From IMG/VR virus record IMGVR_UViG_3300034128_000030, positions 1-40,550 of that record: DNA of 40,550 nucleotides. The stretch is one strand, 5' to 3'. The notes below the pieces were generated by a model that was not told the origin of the DNA, did no database searches, and saw only the letters and a list, made by a program, of their open reading frames with translations. A program made the translations under genes and the position numbers. The stretch comes from a virus (taxonomy: Duplodnaviria > Caudoviricetes). Of the stretch, positions 20,199 through 26,566 are shown piece after piece. The first letter of the stretch is position 1. Each line of letters opens with the position of its first letter.

Positions 20199-20227
20199 AC
20201 CGTATCTAAAAACCTCGGCCCTGTCAA
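20199..20227 (-). promoter_or_regulatory. Sigma70-type promoter TTGACA-N17-TACGGT
   Basis: Perfect -35, 17-nt spacer, TAnnnT -10. Points at the micropeptide gene. Confidence 0.65.
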
Positions 20228-20442
20228 TACGTCACTCTGACGCGAACCACACCTTCCCGCGGGGCCTTCACGCCAATCTGGAGGCCCTCTTCGTCGCCTG
20301 CGGGCATTTCCACGGTCTGCCACTTCGCTGGTCGGCCGCACCTGAGCCACTCTCGCTTGCAGTCCGACTCGTGCTCCCCGACGTACATCAGCGCGAAGTC
20401 GCCCTCTGAAGCGTCCAGCAGCCACCACTTGACGTCCGACAT
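20224..20442 (-). CDS. Hypothetical protein (72 aa)
   Basis: Strong RBS AAGGAGAAG. The stop TGA lies inside the next -35 box. Confidence 0.6.
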   Translation of the reverse strand: MSDVKWWLLDASEGDFALMYVGEHESDCKREWLRCGRPAKWQTVEMPAGDEEGLQIGVKAPREGVVRVRVTY

Positions 20443-20443
20443 G

Positions 20444-20569
20444 TCACTTCTCCTTGATGTAGATGGGGAATGCTGGCTTCTGACCTTGCTGGGGCTGAAT
20501 CACCACGATATACTGCTTGGTCGTCCCCATCAGCACTCCGGTGGGGCTGTAGACTCTGTGGTCGCTCAT
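20444..20569 (-). CDS. Hypothetical 41-aa protein MSDHRVYSPTGVLMGTTKQYIVVIQPQQGQKPAFPIYIKEK
   Basis: Translated by hand. RBS GAAAGG, upstream promoter, and a stop 1 nt before the next ATG. Confidence 0.55.
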   Translation of the reverse strand: MSDHRVYSPTGVLMGTTKQYIVVIQPQQGQKPAFPIYIKEK

Positions 20570-20596
20570 GGTGTGCCGCCTTTCGTGATGGATTTA

Positions 20597-20625
20597 CTTG
20601 TACTCCCCGCGACCGCCCCTGTCAA
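20597..20625 (-). promoter_or_regulatory. Sigma70-type promoter TTGACA-N17-TACAAG(T)
   Basis: Perfect -35 and an AT-rich -10 region in GC-rich DNA. Confidence 0.55.
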
Positions 20626-21554
20626 GGGGTGACGGCGACCAGCTTAGCTGCCTTCTTCGCGGCGCGCTGGGCCTTCTTCGCGGCCTTGGCGGCCTCACCG
20701 TCGACCCACGCCTGGGTCACCATCGAAACCCGGGTAACGATGGTCTGGTGGAGGTCCTGGTAAATTTCGTGCTTCTTAATCGAACCGGCCAGCCAGACCA
20801 GGTCCTCGGTGTCCCACTCCTTGTCGTCGAGGGCGCCCGAAGCGAACCAGGTCCCGACGTTCCCGTCGACCGTGACGAACTTGACCAGGGTGGTTAGCCC
20901 CCACTGGGTCTCAAGCTCCTTCAGCGAGAGGATGGTGGCCTGGACGACGAACTTGCTCTTCTCCTCGCCGCCGAAGAACTTCGAGGTCTCCTTCAGGTTG
21001 ACGAACTTGCGGCGCTCGATTTCCTTCCCCATTTCCCGCTCTGCAGTGGGGATGATGGAGGCCACCAGACCCGCGCCCTTGAAGTTGACGGTGCCCATAC
21101 GGCCAACGACGCTGAGGTTGTGGAGGTAGTCGTTCAGCTCGCCCTTTTCGGCCTCAGCGTCGATGAAGACCATGAGGTACTCGAAAGCGGCTTGTGCGCG
21201 GGCGTGGTCGGTCTCGGTGGGGATGTATTCGAACTTGACCTCCTTGCCGGCCGCCTTCATCTCCATGGCGCCGTAGGCCGAGTCGGCGGTGGCGGTGGCG
21301 TTGAGGTTGCGAGCGGCGGTCCTGCTCAGCCACCCCGAGACCCGGATGTCGGCAGCGACCCAACCGAGGTAGGACATGAGGTCGAAGCGGTCAGCGACCC
21401 GGCCGCTGGACTCCAGGTCGGAGAAGTCAGAGAGGGAGGCGACCATCTCGAAGTAGGAGGCCACCGAGGCGGCCGTCTGATTACCCGTGAAATCCTGAAT
21501 ACAAGTTGAGCCCACCACCTTGTACTCACCGTTGATGTTTTCCGTCGCGTTCAT
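20622..21554 (-). CDS. C-terminal part of a conserved phage protein with a C-terminal OB-fold-like domain
   Basis: Begins 'GEYKVVGSTCIQDF'. Ends with OB-like 'ETQWGLTTLVKF...GNVGTWFAS...GSIKKHEIYQDLHQTIVTRV'. Appears to continue 21882-22313. Confidence 0.7.
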   Translation of the reverse strand: MNATENINGEYKVVGSTCIQDFTGNQTAASVASYFEMVASLSDFSDLESSGRVADRFDLMSYLGWVAADIRVSGWLSRTAARNLNATATADSAYGAMEMKAAGKEVKFEYIPTETDHARAQAAFEYLMVFIDAEAEKGELNDYLHNLSVVGRMGTVNFKGAGLVASIIPTAEREMGKEIERRKFVNLKETSKFFGGEEKSKFVVQATILSLKELETQWGLTTLVKFVTVDGNVGTWFASGALDDKEWDTEDLVWLAGSIKKHEIYQDLHQTIVTRVSMVTQAWVDGEAAKAAKKAQRAAKKAAKLVAVTP

Positions 21555-21560
21555 GAATTA

Positions 21561-21589
21561 TATATACGCGACGGCCACCGGCGTGTCAA
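21561..21589 (-). promoter_or_regulatory. Sigma70-type promoter TTGACA-N17-TATATA, probably leaderless
   Basis: -10 is followed by TAATTC and then the ATG, with no SD. Confidence 0.7.
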
Positions 21590-21879
21590 GCGGGCCAGGG
21601 AATTTCTGTTCCGTTCGGCAGAACGACGCCCGGCGAGCACGAGAAGGTCCCCAGGAAGCGGAAGACCTCATTCGCGTCAAGCCTCCGCGCGTCGCAGGCT
21701 CCCCGGAAGATGTCGAACGCGACATTGGCCTCTCGGATGGCCTGCCGGTACGCGGAACCCGCCCCGGGCAGACTCTTCTGCGACTTGACCCAGGCGTCGT
21801 CCTCCGCGTCCGATGCTCGGGAAAAGTCCTTGGCGAGGACGAGAATCTGCGGGGTGATGCGGTTGAAATCAGGCTTCAT
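21586..21879 (-). CDS. Hypothetical protein (97 aa, MKPDFNRITPQ...)
   Basis: RBS AAGGAGAG. ATG 2 nt after the upstream stop. It is the C-terminal part of ORF-track 21586..22260. Confidence 0.65.
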   Translation of the reverse strand: MKPDFNRITPQILVLAKDFSRASDAEDDAWVKSQKSLPGAGSAYRQAIREANVAFDIFRGACDARRLDANEVFRFLGTFSCSPGVVLPNGTEIPWPA

Positions 21880-21881
21880 GA

Positions 21882-22313
21882 TTAGCTCTCCTTGTGAAGG
21901 ACATACAGGCTCTTGCGAGCGCGGTGAGTGCGGCAATGGTCGCAGACATCGAGGGGATGGTTCCTGATTTCCGCCGGCATGGTCTTGCCGGGGGCGGTCC
22001 TGACAATGACCGAGTTCTGACCGTCGCCAAGCTGCACGACGTCCATGGCGGCGACAAACTCCCACCCGTTCAGCCTGGGCTGGGGCCCCTCGACGGTCAC
22101 GACGTGGAAGCGGTGGAATCGCCCGGTGGGCCGGTTCCAGGCGTCCTTCTCTTCGACGTCCTTGACCTCGATGACCTTCATGGTGATGGGCTGACCGACC
22201 AGCTTGACAGCGCGCTTGGAGAGGCGAGAGATGCGGTCGCGGAGGGCATTCAGGTTGCAATCCGGGATGTTGAAGCGGGCCAGCTCGACGGTCTCGTTGG
22301 TTTCGGTAGCCAT
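21882..22313 (-). CDS. N-terminal part of a conserved phage protein with a CDHC motif
   Basis: 'NLNALRDRISRLSKRAVKL...VEGPQPRLNGWEFVA...CDHCRTHRARKSLYVL'. Starts directly after a promoter. Confidence 0.7.
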   Translation of the reverse strand: MATETNETVELARFNIPDCNLNALRDRISRLSKRAVKLVGQPITMKVIEVKDVEEKDAWNRPTGRFHRFHVVTVEGPQPRLNGWEFVAAMDVVQLGDGQNSVIVRTAPGKTMPAEIRNHPLDVCDHCRTHRARKSLYVLHKES

Positions 22314-22320
22314 GAATTAC

Positions 22321-22349
22321 TTAATACACGGTGGCTTTGGGGGTGTCAA
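22321..22349 (-). promoter_or_regulatory. Sigma70-type promoter TTGACA-N17-TATTAA, probably leaderless
   Basis: -10 is followed by GTAATTC-ATG, with no SD. Confidence 0.7.
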
Positions 22350-23316
22350 GGGGCTCTGCCTTCCAGGTCTCAAGTCCGGGCCCGGTGGGGTTGGGCGGAA
22401 TGTGGTCGAGCTGGTACTCGATGGTTTTTGATGGGGCCGATGTCGACTTCACCCCCGCATCCCCGAAGCACGAGAAATCTGGGGTGGCATCCTTCGCCGT
22501 CCCGGTGACGACGTCGAAGGCGGCGGCTCCCGCTCCAATGCGGCGCAAACCCGCCTGCCGGGGGCCGGACTTGTTCCCGTCGGCGAGAAGCACTCCTCCG
22601 ACCGAAATGGAAGCGGGCCGCAGACCGGGCGGCATCGCTTGCCAGGCGGCGTAGGCCCGGTTCGCCTCGGCGAGAGTCGGGTCCACATCGATGTCGGGAA
22701 GCTTGGCTTTCGGGGCGCGGACCCTCTTGGGTTTCGGCTCCGAAGCGGGCCCCAGAATCTGCTCCGTGACGGGAACGCCTGGGTCAAAATATTTCAGCGC
22801 GCCTGGCTGGTGGCCGTAGTTGCCCCGCTCCCAGACCCCGAATGTCGGAATGGTCGGGCGGGTGCCCAGCTCGCTCACCGCATGAACGTCATCGCAGCAG
22901 ACTCGGTACAGAACGGCGCCAACACAGCGCATCTGGGGGTATTTATGCATCTTCTCCACAATCCGATTGACCGTCTTGCCGGAATCAATCAAATCGTCGA
23001 CGACGAGGTAGTTCGTGACGTCCGAAGGAACAAAGCCGCTTACGGCCTCGGACGAATGCGCTGGGTCCCCCTTCTTGCGCACGACAAAAAACGGCAGTTT
23101 CATCAGAAGGGCGACCGCACCCACCAAAGGGGCGCCAGAGTTGCCCATTGCGGCCAGAGCCCTAGGGCGCAGCTCCTTTGGGAGGCACTGGGCGGCGTAC
23201 TTGATGGTCTTGACCACCCCCCGGACCGTCTCCTCGAACTTGTTCGGGTCGAACACGTCCTCCGTATACGAGGGACCCACGGGACTTCCGAGGATTTGGC
23301 GACGTCGAGCTGGCAT
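22321..23316 (-). CDS. Type I phosphoribosyltransferase-domain protein
   Basis: PRPP-binding loop 'YLVVDDLIDSGKTV', plus 'GNSGAPLVGAVALLMKLPFFVVRK'. Long Pro-rich C-terminal extension. Confidence 0.8.
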   Translation of the reverse strand: MPARRRQILGSPVGPSYTEDVFDPNKFEETVRGVVKTIKYAAQCLPKELRPRALAAMGNSGAPLVGAVALLMKLPFFVVRKKGDPAHSSEAVSGFVPSDVTNYLVVDDLIDSGKTVNRIVEKMHKYPQMRCVGAVLYRVCCDDVHAVSELGTRPTIPTFGVWERGNYGHQPGALKYFDPGVPVTEQILGPASEPKPKRVRAPKAKLPDIDVDPTLAEANRAYAAWQAMPPGLRPASISVGGVLLADGNKSGPRQAGLRRIGAGAAAFDVVTGTAKDATPDFSCFGDAGVKSTSAPSKTIEYQLDHIPPNPTGPGLETWKAEPLDTPKATVY

Positions 23317-23324
23317 GCGGGGAT

Positions 23325-23353
23325 TTATACGGCTCCCCCGCAGGTCCTGTCAA
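23325..23353 (-). promoter_or_regulatory. Sigma70-type promoter TTGACA-N18-TATAAA
   Basis: Perfect -35. The -10 ends 8 nt before the PRTase ATG, with no SD. Confidence 0.65.
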
Positions 23354-23577
23354 GGGGCGCGGTTGAGTTCTTTCTTCAGGGTCGCCAGGAAGTACTCCCC
23401 CGTCTGCCCCTGCAAGGCCTCGCACAGCTCTAGGACGCCACCGCCGGCCCTAAGGGCCTCTTGGGCCCGGCGCCACCGCAAGCACTCGGCGTGGGTGGTC
23501 TCGCCCCATCCCCAAATCTGCATAAAATGCAGTTCGGTCTCAACCATGGCCATCCAAATCATGTCGTTCGTCATCAT
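23350..23577 (-). CDS. Hypothetical protein (75 aa)
   Basis: Starts 1 nt after the helicase stop, with a GAGG RBS. Confidence 0.5.
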   Translation of the reverse strand: MMTNDMIWMAMVETELHFMQIWGWGETTHAECLRWRRAQEALRAGGGVLELCEALQGQTGEYFLATLKKELNRAP

Positions 23578-23578
23578 G

Positions 23579-24853
23579 TTAAGACCTCATCCAGCAAAGC
23601 TTGACCTCTTTCTTAAAGCGGGTCAACGCGGTGTAAGCCCATCTCCTACCGTCGGCGGACCCAAGCTTAATGGTGGGCTCGATGACCACCACCCCGTGGG
23701 TCCATTCTGACCCCTGGGCTTTATGAGTCGTAAGTACATACCCCAGGTGGGCCTGCAAGTACGGAGGCCCCGCGGGGGTCCCATCATCGTTGTGCCCAAA
23801 CTCTGCCTCACAGAGGCGCCTGGCGGCCTTACGGGCCGCGAACGGGGCCACGGACCCCAGCGTACCAAACACCTCACGGTCAGCAACCAAGGCCACCTGG
23901 CGGCCCTTCAGGGGCGTGTCCACCTGCACCTCCAGGTAGTTGACGAAGCAGCTCGCATTCGCGTTTGCGTCGCGCACCCCGACCGGCTCCGTATTGATGG
24001 GGGCGGGCGTCGTCAGCACGGTGACCACCTCACCGTTGAAGACCTCGAGCAAGTAGTTGTTGGCGGCCACCAACAAAGGCTCCCCCTTGTCGAGGACGTC
24101 GGGGGTTCGGCCGCCGTACTCGCGAATTGCCGAGTTTAGCTGGTGCCGTGTGACGTTGCGGTGACAAATAGTGGCGCCCTCTGCGGCGTACGCCTCCGCG
24201 GCGGTGCGCGTCAAGGCACTCTCCAGTACGATGGGGAGTTCGGCCAAGGCCTGGCCCGGGAACTGCCCCAGCCTGACCCCCATCGAGGCCCGAATGATGG
24301 GCGAGTCGAGGGCTTGCCGGTGGATTTCGGTCAGGTTTACTCGGAACGCGGCCGGCAGGTCGGGGGAGAACACACTGAAGTCATGAAGCTGGGGGTCCAT
24401 CTCGACTGGCGGGAGCTGGTGGCCGTCTCCGATGAGAATGAGGTTCAGCTCGAGGTCGCGTGCGCGCCGGAACAGGTCACGGAACACCCCGAACGTCACC
24501 ATCGACGCTTCGTCGATGACCAAATACCCGCATCGGGGCCTCTCAATCTTCCCGGGCTCGCGCAGCCCCCACTTCAAGGTCCCGTTCTCGGGGTCCTCCT
24601 TGGCCTCGTACAGCCAAGAGTGAATCGTCTTCGACTTGGCCCCTGAGGCCTCTCTGACCCGGACGCTAGCCTTGCCGGTCGGACAGCAGACCAGCAGCCC
24701 GTCCTCTTCGTCGTTGACCAACTCCCTGATAAGAGTGGTCTTTCCGGTGCCTGCAGCCCCCGACACCACCCCAATAGCACCGCCTTGGGGTGAGGTCTTC
24801 TGGAGCCCGCGAATCTGGTCGAGGGCGTTCTGCTGGCCATCGGTGAGCTTCAT
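23579..24853 (-). CDS. RecD/Dda-like superfamily 1 helicase
   Basis: Walker A GAAGTGKT, DEASM, GDGHQLPPV, THKAQGSEW, YTALTR. Confidence 0.92.
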   Translation of the reverse strand: MKLTDGQQNALDQIRGLQKTSPQGGAIGVVSGAAGTGKTTLIRELVNDEEDGLLVCCPTGKASVRVREASGAKSKTIHSWLYEAKEDPENGTLKWGLREPGKIERPRCGYLVIDEASMVTFGVFRDLFRRARDLELNLILIGDGHQLPPVEMDPQLHDFSVFSPDLPAAFRVNLTEIHRQALDSPIIRASMGVRLGQFPGQALAELPIVLESALTRTAAEAYAAEGATICHRNVTRHQLNSAIREYGGRTPDVLDKGEPLLVAANNYLLEVFNGEVVTVLTTPAPINTEPVGVRDANANASCFVNYLEVQVDTPLKGRQVALVADREVFGTLGSVAPFAARKAARRLCEAEFGHNDDGTPAGPPYLQAHLGYVLTTHKAQGSEWTHGVVVIEPTIKLGSADGRRWAYTALTRFKKEVKLCWMRS

Positions 24854-25227
24854 CGCTTCCCCAACGGAATCGGCTCGGGCTCGGGCTCGAACTCGGTGCC
24901 CTCAAGAAGGCTAAGGGCGTCAGCCTCGGCCATCATTTCGGGCTCTTCGTCGATGTCTGCCGGCTCCTGGAGCAAGCAAATCGGGCAAATGTGCCCCCAC
25001 TCCCTCTCCTGCCAACCGTCGGCAAGGGCCTCTTCGGCGGTTCCTTCACGGACCCCCCTCAGAACGACCGCGCCCGCCGGAACACCGACCTCTTCCGCCC
25101 AGTCGGCCGGGAGCTGCCACGAATTGTCGGTTTCGTGGTCTCCGTTGCACTTTGTGCAGAACACGTAGGTCCGCTCCACCGTGTCTCCGTCGGAATCTGG
25201 GTCCGGTACAACGAGAGTCTCTTGCAT
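24850..25227 (-). CDS. Hypothetical acidic protein with two CxxC motifs
   Basis: CTKC and CPIC motifs. ATGA overlap with the helicase. Start is 25227 or 25245. Confidence 0.55.
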   Translation of the reverse strand: MQETLVVPDPDSDGDTVERTYVFCTKCNGDHETDNSWQLPADWAEEVGVPAGAVVLRGVREGTAEEALADGWQEREWGHICPICLLQEPADIDEEPEMMAEADALSLLEGTEFEPEPEPIPLGKR

Positions 25228-25228
25228 T

Positions 25229-25474
25229 TTATGGCCCCACGGCATCAAGAATGATGACCCACTCCATTCCATCGTGGGTCGCACGCAACGAACTCGGCGC
25301 GTTGCCACCACAGACTAGCAAACCCGGTGTGTCGATGCAAGTCCTTAAGAGCCGATTCAGCGCGTTACGGGCACCGATAGAGCCCTTCGGGAAGTCGGCC
25401 TGTTCTGAAATGGTGACCTCCCACTTGTACTCCCCAGCTATCGCAGTGGGGAGCTGCTTGACGGTCCTGGTCAT
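25229..25474 (-). CDS. Hypothetical protein (81 aa)
   Basis: Tightly packed in the operon. Confidence 0.55.
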   Translation of the reverse strand: MTRTVKQLPTAIAGEYKWEVTISEQADFPKGSIGARNALNRLLRTCIDTPGLLVCGGNAPSSLRATHDGMEWVIILDAVGP

Positions 25475-25477
25475 GCG

Positions 25478-25678
25478 TCACCGAATCAGGGACGTGAGGT
25501 CGGCTACATCATCGGCCGAAGACTCCTCGGCCTCACTGTCAAAATCGACAGCCCCGCCCTCTTCCAGCTCGCACAGGAAATCGTGCAGGATGGACCGACG
25601 GACGCTCTTGGTCACGGTGCGCGGCAGGTACTCGTCCATCACTTCCAGGCCAACCACGACAGCTTCTGACTTAGTCAT
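25478..25678 (-). CDS. Hypothetical acidic protein (66 aa)
   Basis: Strong RBS AAGGAGAG. Confidence 0.65.
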   Translation of the reverse strand: MTKSEAVVVGLEVMDEYLPRTVTKSVRRSILHDFLCELEEGGAVDFDSEAEESSADDVADLTSLIR

Positions 25679-25720
25679 TTTACTCTCCTTTTTAGTTCAC
25701 ATCATTGAAACCCACGTGGC

Positions 25721-26524
25721 TTACAAGCCCACGAACGGACGCCAGACAAGCCCGGCACCGTATGTTACGTTCACTCCACTTCCGCCCGCAGACAGCCACA
25801 CCTTGGGGCCCACATCGAACTTGCCGAAGCGGTACGAAGCCCCGACACCCCCCAAGAACCCGTTCGCTCCGACCCCCAAGTCTAAGGAAAGCCCGAGCTT
25901 TTCGTACCAGTGGTCATCGAAGATGTGGGGATTAACTGCCGCGACTGCGATGTCTACCCCTACGTTCTCTTCGCTTGAGGTTACGCTCGCCTTCCAGGAC
26001 CCGTCCTCGAGCTGGCCGACGACCAGCGTCATCTTGAGGGGGCGCTTCTGGTCGACTGAAACGAAGTACTCTGGGGGGCTCGTAATTGTGTACCCGTTGA
26101 CCCCGATGTAGCCGAAGTCCTTCGAGAAAGATACCTTGAGGCGCTCGGGCTTGGTGGGGCCATCGCCGGGGACGACCGTCTGGGTGCCCGTGCCCTGGGC
26201 CTCGTACTTCTTCTTCCAGAAGACCACCAGGTTGTTGGCGACCAGAAGCTCCTCGCCGCGGGCGTTCAGGTCCTTGGTGAGAGCCGCCACCTGAGCGTTT
26301 TTCTGGTCCAGGAGCCCCTTCAGGGCCTCCGTCTGGATGGCCAGCTTCTCGTATACGCCCATGTGGGTCTCGAGGGTCTTGTCCTTCTCGGCCACCGCGT
26401 TCTGAAGCTCAGCGATGCGCTTGTCGTACGACATTTTCTTGACGCCGCCAACGACGAGCAGGACCAGGACGGCGACGAAGAGCCCGATGGACGCGTACTT
26501 CACGACAGGGGTTGGGATTTCCAT
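25721..26524 (-). CDS. Membrane-anchored coiled-coil protein with C-terminal amphipathic beta strands (spanin-like candidate)
   Basis: N-terminal TM 'IGLFVAVLVLLVVGGV', a heptad region, and a C-terminus 'LGLSLDLGVG...GVGASYRF...VTYGAGLVWRPF'. The CDS is confident; the function is inferred. Confidence 0.55.
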   Translation of the reverse strand: MEIPTPVVKYASIGLFVAVLVLLVVGGVKKMSYDKRIAELQNAVAEKDKTLETHMGVYEKLAIQTEALKGLLDQKNAQVAALTKDLNARGEELLVANNLVVFWKKKYEAQGTGTQTVVPGDGPTKPERLKVSFSKDFGYIGVNGYTITSPPEYFVSVDQKRPLKMTLVVGQLEDGSWKASVTSSEENVGVDIAVAAVNPHIFDDHWYEKLGLSLDLGVGANGFLGGVGASYRFGKFDVGPKVWLSAGGSGVNVTYGAGLVWRPFVGL

Positions 26525-26525
26525 T

Positions 26526-26562
26526 ACCACCCCCTATACGGCATAGGGGGTGGTCCTGTCAA
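26526..26562 (-). promoter_or_regulatory. TTGACA promoter overlapped by a perfect 12-bp inverted repeat covering the RBS
   Basis: ACCACCCCCTAT (26526-26537), 5-nt loop, ATAGGGGGTGGT (26543-26554). TTGACA at 26557-26562. Confidence 0.7.
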
Positions 26563-26566
26563 GCTC

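Noticed and set aside
21880-22260. 5' extension of ORF 21586..22260
   Set aside because: It overlaps the better-supported 21882-22313 gene. The strong RBS points to the ATG at 21879.
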